Positions 40,409-52,775 of a stretch of DNA of 64,000 bases are shown piece after piece. Source of the DNA: Octopus bimaculoides (taxonomy: Eukaryota); NCBI RefSeq assembly GCF_001194135.2, contig NC_069001.1, positions 27,132,553 to 27,196,552 on the forward strand. The letters run 5' to 3'. Positions within the stretch are counted from its first letter, which is position 1. Each line of letters begins with the position of its first letter. The notes under the pieces were generated by a model, which saw only the letters and a list, made by a program, of their open reading frames with translations, ran no database searches and was not told the origin of the DNA. The position numbers and the translations under genes are program-made.

Positions 40409-42163
40409 AACAACAAACACGATGAGGGCAAATATCCGTCAAATGTAAATAATGTACATAATTCCTCATCTCTTAAATATAAAACTGAACGAAGGACAAT
40501 AATACATAAAATACATAATAACTTTTAGCAAGCTAGCAGATATTTGGTGGCAATACTTTACGAAGGTTTCAATGCTATTCTCGGTTTATATATTTAAGCA
40601 AAGATGCCTCTGTTACAGTAGAGCTATGCAAGCTGGGGACAATTTCCAACTGTCACTAGGGCCATTAAATTCGATCCACTCAGTATCTTCCCTACTTTAT
40701 CGCCAATCATTAAGTGTACTTGACGAAATCTCATTAATTTGGCTTTTCTGAAGCAGAATATATCCGATTAGAAAGGCTTAGAATTTTTAAAGAATAATTT
40801 ATTGGGGAAAGTGACTGAATCTATTCCATACAAACACATGTTAATGACAATAAAAGCCGAAGGAAGTTGGCTGCCGATTACTTCAAAACTATAAGAAATT
40901 ATGAACTTAGCTCCATCAGAAGATATCGTAGACAGAGTGGAAGGTATGATACAGGAAGGTGCTCCAGCAGATAGTATGCAGATTCTCGGAAATAGGCTTG
41001 CACCATCCACACCCTGATAAAGAGTAGGAAAGCGCCATGAGCCACCATATGAAGACCATGATTTATTGTTTTATATAATGTTCTAATGAATGTCCTACTT
41101 AGTCTCTCGTATAGTTATAATAATATTGTCTGTATGTATGTTTTGTGTTCGGTCATCTGATAATTTCTTTGTATCATAATAATAGAAATACAATGAATCT
41201 TTCTATGATTTAGCAGCTTGAGTCTACTGTTATCAATGTGTTCTAAACAGTTGTCTCAAGGAGTGGTTCTTAAGAGCTACTAGAATGTTCAATGAATTAT
41301 GTTCTGCTTTATACTAAGTAACCTCTTGCTTTATACTGCTTTACACTAAGTAGCCTCTGCTATACAGTAGGAAGAAAAAATAAGAGATTATCGAAGGTGG
41401 CAGGGTGATGACGTTGTCAACGTGTGTAAGTTCAGTTCATAGTTGACACTTGGGTGTGAGGAGACTTGGAAAGAAACGAGTAAAATCAAGAAAGTGAATT
41501 CAGAAATGTAAGAAAAATGAAATATTAGTTGAAAACTTCATTTTCACACGTTTGTAATGTTCACTCAAAGCATATTCTAAAAACTCAATATGATCAATGT
41601 TCTTTTAACTGTTAACAAAACAAACAAAAACAACGACAAACCCCAAAGATATTCGTTCGACGAAAAGTTCCATGAGGAAAACGACCACTGCCAATTAACC
41701 AGCAATATATTCCGACTTTGGTCGACGGTCAGTCTTGAAGTATTTTAGTACTTTCTTTTTTTTTTTCAATCTGGTACTTATTATGTCCAAGTTTTCTTTG
41801 CTGAACCTTTAAATTACAAGGACGCAAAACAAGGATAATAAATGTTTATGACTTTCCCACAATTGCAGGCTCTGAAATTACTTAAGTATATCAATGTGTT
41901 AAGTTTATCTCTTACATCTGACGTCTAGATACGAAACGATGTAGCTAAAGATCAGTGCTGACTATAATTTCTATAGAATACCTGTAGAAATAACTAACAA
42001 AATAATGCGAAGCGCACTGCTAACACAGTAGAACGTGGTACTGACTTATAAAAAACATTTAATATACCTAGTATATTATGTATATTATGCTTGCATAACG
42101 AAATACCACGTACCTACAAAACATTAATCTTAAGTATAGAACGTAAGATGTGATTCCATTCTA

Positions 42164-42290
42164 CAGGGTGCCCCAAAAGTCTGGGTACACGGGGTAAATA
42201 AAATTATAACATAAACAATTAAATATAAGAAATGATAATTTCTTAAAGTATATATTAATCCCCATGTACCCAGACTTTGTGGACACCCTG
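42164..42290. mobile_element. Tc1/mariner-type MITE (127 bp)
   Basis: TA|CAGGGTGCCCCAAAAGTCTGGGTACA ... TGTACCCAGACTTTGTGGACACCCTG|TA. Confidence 0.9.
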
Positions 42291-42309
42291 TAGAATAAAT
42301 TAAAACTGG

Positions 42310-42590
42310 CATTCCATGGGTTACGAGGACAAGGGTTTCAGTTGATCCGATCAACAGAACAGCTTGCTCGTGAAATTAACGTCTAAGTGGTTGAGGACTC
42401 CACAGACAAGTGTATCTTTAACTAGTTCTCAGGGAGATTCAGCGACACAGAATGTGACAAAGCTGATACAGGTACAGCTCAGTTTTGCCAGCTGACTGGA
42501 CTGGAGCAACGGAAAATAAACACGCCGCCAGGAATCGAAATCGCGACCTTATGATCGTGAGTCATATGCCTTAACCACTAAACCGCGCGT
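42310..42590 (-). mobile_element. SINE family C (same subtype as 10165)
   Basis: GATCCGATCAACAGAACAGCTTGCTCGTGAAATTAAC...CAGGAATCGAAA...CCTTAACCACTA. Confidence 0.8.
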
Positions 42591-43201
42591 AGTCATGAAG
42601 TAATACCAGGAATTTGCTCTTGATATATGTTTTGAATGTCTTCAGAATGATCGAATGTAAATTGGCATAAACCCACAACTCGGTCGTATTAGAGGTAGCA
42701 GTCACCTGCGTTCGACTATCACTTGATCAAACGTACGATGCTTTTGCGAATTGACGTTGGCGCCTGTGACCCACACTTTGACCCAATGACGCGTCCTGGA
42801 TGTGACACTTGGAGAGAAAAAGAGAGAGGGAAGGATTTAGAGGTGAGGGAAAAGAGAAGACGGAATGACTTAGAGCGGAGGGAAAAGAATAGAGGGCGGA
42901 AGCACTTAGAATGGAGGAAGACGAAGTGAGGGTGGAAGGAGAGAAGGGCAAAGAAAAATAGAGAAAAGTGAGAGAGAGAAGGAGACAGACAGACAGATGG
43001 ACAGAGTGCACAAATCCTCAGTTTCTATGCATTTTCAGCTGAGATAATTGTATCCACGTGAAATGTAGCGACCCGTTGAAACACAGCTCGCTGTAGGATC
43101 TCGAATTTAAAAATACAACATAATGATTGTGAATGGAAAATCCTAACCTCTAGGCAACGTACCATGCGTTGAAAAAATTCACATTTCGACCTATGTAGTC
43201 G

Positions 43202-43363
43202 AGGGACGGTCTCAGGAATTTTTCGACGGGATGGCAAAAGGTCAGAAGGGAATACAATTCCAGGAGAAAAGGGCATAATAGTATTATTTAGCAGGGCACA
43301 CTTCTTTTCTTGAGGAGGGTACGTGCCCCTCAGCACCCACATACAACAGCTTGGATCCGCCCT
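43202..43363. mobile_element. Decayed MITE with AGGGGCGGATCC-type TIRs
   Basis: Right end TTGGATCCGCCCT; left end AGGGACGGTCTCAGGAATTTTT (degenerate); internal ACGTGCCCC. Confidence 0.5.
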
Positions 43364-43399
43364 TGCAGTCACATATTCTTTTATTTGTTTTTTACTTGT

Positions 43400-44262
43400 T
43401 TCATTCATTTAACTGCGGCTATGCTGAAGCACTGCCTGTAAGGGTCTTTTAGTCGAAGTAATCCACCCCAGGACTTATTCTTTGTAAGCCTAATACTTAT
43501 CCTAACAGTCTCTTTTGCCGAACCATCAAGTTACGGGGACGTAAACACCCCAACATCGGTTGTCAAGTGATGGCTGGATGGAGGACAGACACAAGGACCA
43601 ACACACACACACACACACACACATATATGCATTACTGTTAAAGTCTGTCATACCGGCCAAGACGAAGGGAAATAGCCCTGAAACTCGAGTCGCCTTTATA
43701 TATTTATATATTTATATTTATATATTTGATCCTTTATATCGAACTCTCAATATTTCATCTACATTCAATACTTTATTTCATGGTGCCATCCATTTTTATT
43801 TTATTTTATTTTATTTTATATTATATATTGTATATTATATTATATATTGTATATTCCATATTCTATGCAGGAATATAAATAAAGCATAAAANNNNNNNNN
43901 NNNNNNNNNNNNNNNNNNNNNNNNNNNNNNNNNNNNNNNNNNNNNNNNNNNNNNNNNNNNNNNNNNNNNNNNNNNNNNNNNNNNNNNNNNNNNNNNNNNN
44001 NNNNNNNNNNNNNNNNNNNNNNNNNNNNNNNNNNNNNNNNNNNNNNNNNNNNNNNNNNNNNNNNNNNNNNNNNNNNNNNNNNNNNNNTATATATATATAT
44101 ATATGACAGCCTTCTTTCCGTTTCCGTCTATCAGATCCATTCACAAGGCTTTGGTCGGCCCGAGGCTATTGTAGAAGACACTTGCACAAGGTGCCGCGCA
44201 GAGATACTGAACCCGGAACTATGTGGTTGGGAAATGGGCTTCTTAAAACATAACCACGCTTG
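43400..44262 (-). mobile_element. Composite SINE family B interrupted in its internal microsatellite by extra sequence and an assembly gap
   Basis: 3' half at 43400-43620, head at 44105-44262 (CTTTCCGTTTCCGTCTA..AGATCCA..CACAAGGCTTTGGTCGGCCCGAGGCTAT). Confidence 0.8.
43655..43694 (+). ncRNA. Degenerate minimal hammerhead motif
   Basis: GGC-caagacga-AGGG-aaatag-CCCT-GAA-ACTCGAGT-C-GCC. Stem I GGC/GCC, 4 bp stem II, perfect 8-nt palindromic stem III, GUC triplet. The core is damaged (CAAGACGA instead of CUGACGA). Confidence 0.55.
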
Positions 44263-44815
44263 CACCTATATAAATACATATTTACGCATATTTGTGAATA
44301 CCCAATTAGATATAAACTCATACAATAACGTATGTTTCAATTGAAAGATTCTTACGTGTATGAGGTTCCATAAGAGATGCGAGTATCAAAGAATAAATGT
44401 AATATTCGTATAGAAAATAAAGTTTTCAAGACAGTTATTTCCAATCGAAAACCTATTGTCATTATGAGTTCATTTCCATATCCTCCAGAAAAACTTACCA
44501 TCCTCTGTTCATGCTACTAACTTAATGATCTCTGTTGATGATAAATGATGTATAAATTAATACATATCGATTCCATAGTGCATAAGACGCCCATCAGCTA
44601 ATTATGTAATCCCTCATTTATTTCAAGGTTTTATTAAATATGTGCCGTTTTTCTTTTTTTTTTTCTGTGCATAACCTTTCAAAGAATTTTAAGAATGAAC
44701 ATGTGTTATAACATGTAGAATGGTTCTTGCCAGAGGAATGAAATAAATTACCAGTCGAGAAATTACATAGATATCATATAATGTTCATTTAAAATTGGAA
44801 CAATCGAATACCAAT

Positions 44816-44847
<32 letters not shown>

Positions 44848-44972
44848 GCGTGAGTTCGTGTGTGTGTTGCGTGTGTTATCATATCTATATTGTACAACTA
44901 CGGATATTTAATTTACTGTTATATGTATGTTCTTATAAGTAAACGCACACAGACACACACACATGTATATAT

Positions 44973-45007
<35 letters not shown>

Positions 45008-45936
45008 CATATATATACAAGCACGAATATATATGCATGCATACACATATATATATATATATAGGTCTGTATGTACATATGTACACATGTATGCGTATGT
45101 ACACATGTATGTGCATATATGTGTGCGTATATATATATATATGTGCATATATATTTATGTGGATATGTGTGTGTATGCGTGTGTGACTGTATATTTACAT
45201 CCAATAGATGCATACATAACACGCATACATCCATATATACATAAATACATACATTTCATACGTACGTACATACATACATACATGCATACATACATACATA
45301 CNNNNNNNNNNNNNNNNNNNNNNNNNNNNNNNNNNNNNNNNNNNNNNNNNNNNNNNNNNNNNNNNNNNNNNNNNNNNNNNNNNNNNNNNNNNNNNNNNNN
45401 NNNNNNNNNNNNNNNNNNNNNNNNNNNNNNNNNNNNNNNNNNNNNNNNNNNNNNNNNNNNNNNNNNNNNNNNNNNNNNNNNNNNNNNNNNNNNNNNNNNN
45501 NNNNNNNNNNNNNNNNNNNNNNNNNNNNNNNNNNNNNNNNNNNNNNNNNNNNNNNNNNNNNNNNNNNNNNNNNNNNNNNNNNNNNNNNNNNNNNNNNNNN
45601 NNNNNNNNNNNNNNNNNNNNNNNNNNNNNNNNNNNNNNNNNNNNNNNNNNNNNNNNNNNNNNNNNNNNNNNNNNNNNNNNNNNNNNNNNNNNNNNNNNNN
45701 NNNNNNNNNNNNNNNNNNNNNNNNNNNNNNNNNNNNNNNNNNNNNNNNNNNNNNNNNNNNNNNNNNNNNNNNNNNNNNNNNNNNNNNNNNNNNNNNNNNN
45801 NNNNNNNNNNNNNNNNNNNNNNNNNNNNNNNNNNNNNNNNNNNNNNNNNNNNNNNNNNNNNNNNNNNNNNNNNNNNNNNNNNNNNNNNNNNNNNNNNNNN
45901 NNNNNNNNNNNNNNNNNNNNNNNNNNNNNNNNNNNN

Positions 45937-46037
45937 CCCGGTTCAGTCCTACTGCGTGGCACCTTGGGCAAATGTTTACTGCTATAGCCACATCCTCGTG
46001 AATGGATTTGGTACACGGAAACTGAAAGAAACTCGTC

Positions 46038-46074
<37 letters not shown>

Positions 46075-46290
46075 TGTGTGTCTGTAACTGTCTGTCTGTC
46101 TGTGTCCACCATCGCTCAACAATCGATGTCGGCGTCTTTACGTCCCTGCATCCTAGTAGCTCGGCAAAAGAGACCGATAGAATAAGTACTAGGCTTACAA
46201 AGAATAAGTCCTGGGATCGACTTGTTCGACTAGAGGTGCTGCTCCAGTATGGCCACAGTCAAATGACTGAAACAAGCAAAAGAATAAAAG
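45937..46290 (+). mobile_element. Composite SINE family B (head truncated by gap)
   Basis: GGTTCAGTCCTACTGCGTGGCACCTTGGGCAAA..., internal (TG)n, 3' half. Confidence 0.9.
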
Positions 46291-46535
46291 CATATACACA
46301 CGCAAGTATATATGCATATATATATATATACATGCGCTATTACGTATGTGCTTCATACGCATTTATATGTATATGTGTATATATACATGTATATATTTAA
46401 ACATAAACGCACACACACACACACACACACACATATGTATATGTATGCACCCACATACTCACACACACTCACGCGCGCTCACATATATGGTTGATAAGGC
46501 ATCTAATTTTATTATTCATTGATATGAACTTTATT

Positions 46536-46600
<65 letters not shown>

Positions 46601-47742
46601 GTACATGATATCAATGAGACGTACTCATCTTGCGATATATTTATATATATCCAATATATTTATTTTGATCAACATCAGAAATATCCGCTAGCCCAACATC
46701 TGTCATGTTACATACTTCCTGTTGTGAGTGTACGATTTCCAACGTACTCTATTTATAAACGTACTTGCTTGAGGCTACTCACCTGAACAAAATTCACCTC
46801 TGACTAAAATTTCGTGGCTTCAATACATTTAGCAAAATATAGCAAAACATTCTTAGGTACTTTTCTTTCTTTCTTCCTTTCTTTATTCCTCCCTTTCTTT
46901 GTTTGTTTCGCTATCTATTTATTTATTTATTTATCTATATTTTTGGTCGCGCAATGGGTGGCAATAAATATTTAGTTTGACATTTTCGAAACGGAAGTTG
47001 TTTTCATACCTATATTTTTTTCTGCATTGTTGTTGTCGCATTTATGTTGTTGTTGTTATTGTTATTATTATTATTATTATTATATCTATTTATTTATTTA
47101 TCTACTTATTTGATTAAGGGCGCTGTACTGGCAAACTAGGTAGATCGGAAAGCAGATTTTTTAACCTTATTTTCTTTTTATTCTACACCCCTCACTCTTT
47201 CTCTCTCTTTGATTTCTGAGCTCAAACTGCGCTGAGGGAGGTCAAAGTTACATTTGTTTATCCTTCGGGGCTCAACTATGCAAATTTCCAGTCAAATACA
47301 ATAAGCCGATGAAATCGATTATACATTTTCCAAAAAAATATATCCTTTGTGTATTTAATGTATATTATATGGACTTATTTGCCAGATAGTCTGATTCTCT
47401 TAATGAAGAAACTATTGTCAGTGAAAAGAAAAAGGTGAGTGGCTCCTTAGCCAGTCGCTCCATTTGCCAAATATCAGAGAGAAATATTTGGTTGTTACTT
47501 TGGCGTGTGATCTACAACGGAGAATATTTTATGTTGCATTTTAGTTCACTTTTCAATTTCTAAAAACCAGTAAGATGTTGGTAACATATTTTTGCAATGT
47601 GATTAGCGACGAGACGAAGGTAGATGCATTTTTACAAGAAACCAGTACTAAATTCACATCATTTTAAAAGAAAAAACAAAGGTGCCACTTTGGCGTGCGC
47701 TCTACAGTATAAAGGGAGATTACTTTAAGTTGCTTTGTGTTA

Positions 47743-47941
47743 GTGCTACTTTCCGTGTGATCTACGTGAGCAAATTTACTTTGGTAGGAGATCTACGTGC
47801 TTATCTTAATTATTATATGGTTTTCTAATTACTAAAATAGTAAGAATATTGGAAAAATACATTTACACTGCTAAGTATGTACAAAATAATTTAAAACATA
47901 ACCTAAAGTAATCTCTCTTGCAGATCACACCAAAGTAGCAC
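47743..47941. mobile_element. Probable MITE bounded by inverted copies of a ~22 bp motif
   Basis: GTGCTACTTTCCGTGTGATCTAC at 47743 and GCAGATCACACCAAAGTAGCAC at 47920-47941; further direct copies at 47497, 47687 and 47778. Confidence 0.55.
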
Positions 47942-48213
47942 CAATATATGTTTATATCACACAATAACGTCTATGAAAAATGGAGGACACAGGGGAGAAT
48001 CTAATTTTAGATAGACAATCATTGGAACGAAAGACAGGATCTAATGTTCGTTAAGTATATTTGGAGAGCCATAATTTTTGTGGCACACAATCCTATTCTC
48101 CATAGTGAGGAGTTGGATTTCGGAGTCGGTAGTCGCTAATCTTACGCAGTAATACCACTGTAATCTAAGCGAAACGATGATGGAACATTTTATATACTTA
48201 AGAATATCAATCA

Positions 48214-49430
48214 CAGAGGCGACTCGTTACTAAAATTAGTGGGGGTGATGCTTTAGAAAACTTAGCCCTTGTTTTAATATTGTATAAAACGAAACAAACG
48301 TATAAAACGAAAATTTATAAATAAACTTGATAAAATCCTAAACGAAAAAATATTTTTTTTTTTACTTACTATGATAATAAATTAATCCATTCATTTAAAA
48401 ATTAAATTATCTCTTCTTGTTTTACTTTGAGGGAAGAGGTTAATAATTTTCTCCTTGATCCCTGGATGACAGTTGAGGAAATTTTTCTCTATTGAAAGCA
48501 CTGAAAGTGCACTTAGTCTCTTAGGATTCATAGTGCTCCTCAGAAAGGTTTTTATCCTTTCCAATGTTGAAAAGGAGCGTTCGACCTCTGATGTTGCCAT
48601 GAGAATTGTGAAGAGGATTTTTATCAGTTTCATAATTTCACTAAGAACACCATCTAGATTATTTTCCAAGATAAATTTCAGCAGCTGAATTAATTTGCAA
48701 TATTCATGCATATCGGATTTGCAATATTCATGCATATCGGATGTAGAATAGAATATTTCCAGTTCAGTTTCTAGATTTTCTTTGCAAACCATGGGATATG
48801 TTTAAATGGTCAGTACAATATCTTCTGAAGGCAGTTCATTCATTAAACTGGTGAAGCTTTTCTTGTTGAACAATTTAGCAGTTACTAAGTGTTTAGTGGG
48901 AGAATATCTATCCATTATATCAACACATATGCAGTTACGCACTTCCTTTGTTTCAGCCATGAGTGTCTTTCAAGGATTCTCAAAGTACTTTGAGTTTCTC
49001 ATTTCTAAAATAGCAATTTTGAAATCTGTTACATATTCATTGACTTTAAACACACCAATTTCGCGCGATTGCATTTGGTTGTGAATTACTTCAACAATCA
49101 CTTCGCGCGATTGCATTTGGTTGTGAATTACTTGAGGAGATAAATTGTAACCAAAACATGAAATTATCATTAATCAGGTATTTTAAAATTCCTGTTCTTT
49201 CTGAAATTGTTCGACCTGCATTTGAAGTTAAATGAATTTCAGTAAGGCAACTTTTCAAAGGTTGTAGATTTTCATTAATTCTGTTGATGGTCCTTGTGTT
49301 AAGGATCCACCTTGTAGAGGATGGACGTGGAATGCTGACAGCCATATGCTTCTTGGGAATGGATACACGTTGTGCCGATCTTGACAAGAATGTTGGAATA
49401 GACGAAACGTTTGAGAAAAAATATTCTTGC
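48214..49430 (-). mobile_element. hAT transposon remnant (ZMYM1-like transposase C-terminal half with dimerization domain)
   Basis: ORF 48391-48792 has ILMATSEVERSFSTLERIKTFLRSTM..KRLSALSVLSIE (hAT dimerization motif). Upstream frameshifted pieces include RPSSTRW. Terminal CAGAGGCG at 48214. Confidence 0.9.
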
Positions 49431-49465
49431 GTTCCGTGTAATATTTTTCATTATCAAATTAAGTT

Positions 49466-49993
49466 GAATGCATAATGCTTAGCGGTATTTCATCTACCGT
49501 TACGTTCTGAGTTCAAATTTCGCCGAGGTCGACTTTGCCTTTCATCCTTTCGGGGTTGATAAATTAAGTACCAGTCACGCACTGGAGTCGATGTAATCGA
49601 CTTAATCTCTTTGTCTGTCCTTATTTGTCCCCTCTATGTTTAGCCCCTTGTGGGCAATAAAGAAATAAGAAACGTTAGCATGTCGAGCGAAATGCTTAGC
49701 GGTATTTCGTCTGCCGTTACGTTCCGANNNNNNNNNNAACTCCTTTGTCTGTCCGTTTGTCCCCTCTATGCTCCTTGTGGGCAATAAATAAATAAGACAC
49801 GTTAGCACGTCGGACGAAATGCTTAGCGGTGTTTCGTCTGTCTTTACGTTCTGAGTTCAAATTCTGCCGAGGTCGACTTTGCCTTTCAACCTCTCTGGGG
49901 TCGATAAATTAAGTACCAGTTGCGTACTGGGGTCGATCTAATCGACTGGCCCCCTCCACAAAATTTTCGGGTTTCGTGCCTAGAGTAGAAACG
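49466..49993 (+). mobile_element. SINE family A trimer (tail2-tail2-tail1), middle unit interrupted by a gap
   Basis: Junction AATAAA(G/T)AAATAAGA(A/C)ACGTTAGCA occurs at 49668 and 49795. Confidence 0.85.
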
Positions 49994-51330
49994 AATAGTG
50001 TCAATGCGTGTACCCGCCAATGAATCCGTATTTTTTCCTGTTGCCTACTTGCTTTGACTTTCTATTTTTATTGCTCAAATAAGACATAAACAAGAAACAA
50101 AACAGAAAGGTAATTCATATAAATATAATGCGAGAGTAAGTAATACTGTACTTAGAAAAAAGAATGGAATCTCTCAAATTTGGTAGAATTTTATGTTGAT
50201 AACAAAATGTTAACGATTGAAGTTTGACAAAATGTGGAATTCATTACCCAGATACGAATCGGTAGAAAATGCCGCAAACATGAGAAGCTTTGTAAAAAAA
50301 AATCGTTGCACTTGAAGGCTATTGATTTAGATTTATTTAAAGCCAATATTTTCAACTAACTGTAAATTTTGAAACACATATTCATGTTTTGTTTAAGTAC
50401 ATTGTAATTACAAGTTTGAAGTAATTAAAACTGAGTTTAAAGCACAGAAATCTTAAGAAAGTTTCATAACTAAAATCAAAACACTGTCATTCTTATGTCT
50501 TTGTTTAAATTTTTATGGCTAATTGTATTTTGTAAAACAATGCAATCAAAGCTTGGAAGACACTTATTCGTCATTCAAGCACGCACAAATGCTATTTGCT
50601 GCAGTGGAACCGCGGTAGATCCGTGTCAGTGACCAGGTCGTAGATGTTGCGACGAAAATTTGGACACCTGATAACGTTTACATGAAGTTAAAAGATTGTA
50701 TGCTTCTTTGAATGGCTAAGATATGTGTTCCAGGTTGTAAGCGTTTTAATTTCAACTCAAAATCTCAGGTCAAATCACTTGCCTGGAAAATACATACCCG
50801 AAAAACAGAAATTAGGTTTAGCGATTTTTTTAAATGCAGTATTGTCTCAATGCAGTCAATTTCAATGCAGTCTTCAAAGATGTAAAGATTCTCACATGTT
50901 GCTCACACGTTTCTTTCCCAAGTGAAGCATTTCAATTAGCTATTAAAATAAAGTTCATATCCCGAGGAAACCAGTGAACATCTACGTCGAAGACAGTATA
51001 AACACATTATTTAGTTGACTGTCCTCTCAGGTCAGTGTTTGGTCAGGAGTAGTAGATCTTACATTTCAAGCACTTTCCTTGAATTGAATTTTAATGGGAA
51101 TAAATAGAGAAATTATTTGTGCAACTCATCGCTACACACATACTGTGCCGTCGGTAATGTAAACATCTCTTTCAGCTGTTCTGTGACACGTAAGATTTTC
51201 TAGCAATTGCATTAACTGATATGATTCAATGAACTACCTTGCTCTTTACAAGGAGCGAACCAAATTGCAGCCTGCATACTAAACACAAATCTTCTCGCAA
51301 GTATGGTCATAATGTAACAAATGATCGCAG

Positions 51331-52006
51331 CATATTCTTTTCTACTCTAGGCACAAGGCCCGAAATTTTGGGGGAGGGAACCAGTCGATTAGAACGACCC
51401 CAGTACGCAAATGGTACTTAATTTATCGACCCCGAAAGGATGAAAAGCAAAGTCGAGCTCGGAGGAATTTGAACTCAGAACGTAACGACAGACGAAATAC
51501 GCTAAGCATTTCTTCCGGCGTGCTAACGTTTCTNNNNNNNNNNNNNNNNNNNNNNNNNNNNNNNNNNNNNNCATATTCTTTTCTACTCTAGGCACAAGGC
51601 CCGAAATTTTGGGGGAGGGAACCAGTCGATTAGAACGACCCCAGTACGCAAATGGTACTTAATTTATCGACCCCGAAAGGATGAAAAGCAAAGTCGAGCT
51701 CGGAGGAATTTGAACTCAGAACGTAACGACAGACGAAATACGCTAAGCATTTCTTCCGGCGTGCTAACGTTTCGTATTTCTTTATTGCCCACAAGGGTCT
51801 AAACATAGAGAGGACAAACAAGGACAGACAAAGGGATTAAGTCGATTAGATCGGCCCCAGTGTGTAACTGATACTTAATTTATCGACCCCGAAAGGATGA
51901 AAAGCAAAGTCGAGCTCAGCGGAATTTGAACTCAGAACGTAACGACAGACGAAATACGCTAAGCATTTCTTCCGGCGTGCTAACGTTTCTGCCAGCCCAC
52001 CGCCTT
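51331..52006 (-). mobile_element. SINE family A dimer plus a 202 bp identical copy across an N-gap
   Basis: Full head at ~52005, junction at 51773/51774; 51331-51532 is identical to 51572-51773. Confidence 0.9.
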
Positions 52007-52609
52007 ATGAACGCAGCATATTGACTTACTGAAGGGGCAAATTATATTAACGTTATAGAAATAACAGCCATTGTCCCTCATATATTACATTCTCTCCTCC
52101 CAAAGGATTGACAAATTGCATAATGTAGTTTTACGTATACTATCAAAACGCACTGAAAGAACAGAAAGATGAGTTACTTTAAGCCATGATGGCTTCTATC
52201 ACAAGTCTACTCGACCATACGTAACATGTGGGCGTAGGAGTTCTAAACAGCAATAGCAATAATCTCAACAACTGTATGTCTCTTACCCTACCTTCGCTTG
52301 TGACCGTCATTGGAGTGCGGTCATGCTTGGACAGCACGTTGAAAGGTTTTAGTCAAATAAAATTCGAACCGCAGTACTTGTACTACTTTTTGAAACGGTG
52401 ACATTCATTCTGTCCGTCTGTTTTTCCAATATAAACAAACCAGCAGAGAGTGTCAGATGGTGGAGGAGGCATATACAGATACAAAGACACACGCACACAC
52501 ACAACTACACAAACGTACACGCACACATATACATAAACATGTATATATATCGTAACAAGGACTTGGTCTCTAGCTGAAACCAGTAAAAGGAAAGTAAATT
52601 ATATTTTAT

Positions 52610-52775
52610 ACAACGGGCTTCCACACAATTTCCGTAAACCAAATTCACTCATAAGGGATTAGTCGCACAACAGGTACAATAGAAAACATTTGTCCAATGT
52701 GCTGCATAGTGGGACTGAAACCGAAACTACGTAATTGCTAAGCGAGCTCCTAATCCATACAGCCATACCTGTATA
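52610..52775 (-). mobile_element. SINE family B head fragment
   Basis: AACGGGCTTCCACACAATTTCCGTAAACCAAATTCACTC...GTGGGACTGAAACCG. Confidence 0.65.

Larger units (their letters stand above)
39953..40456. mobile_element. Palindromic composite element: two head-to-head arms, each with a tRNA-like head, (AAT/AAC)n and a Penelope-like tail carrying a hammerhead motif
   Basis: Arms 39953-40209 and 40221-40456 are reverse complements. A-box GGCGTAGTGGTT at 40221, B-box GAGTTCGATTCC at 40263, microsatellite, then hammerhead core. Confidence 0.85.

Noticed and set aside
40768-41030. Coding-looking stretch (KAEGSWLP...) as the next GRIK exon
   Set aside because: In-frame stop right after the motif, no suitable splice sites and no SLIVTT-like end.
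51176-51189. 14 nt micro-exon between tctctttcag and gtaaga
   Set aside because: Not frame-preserving; expected by chance.
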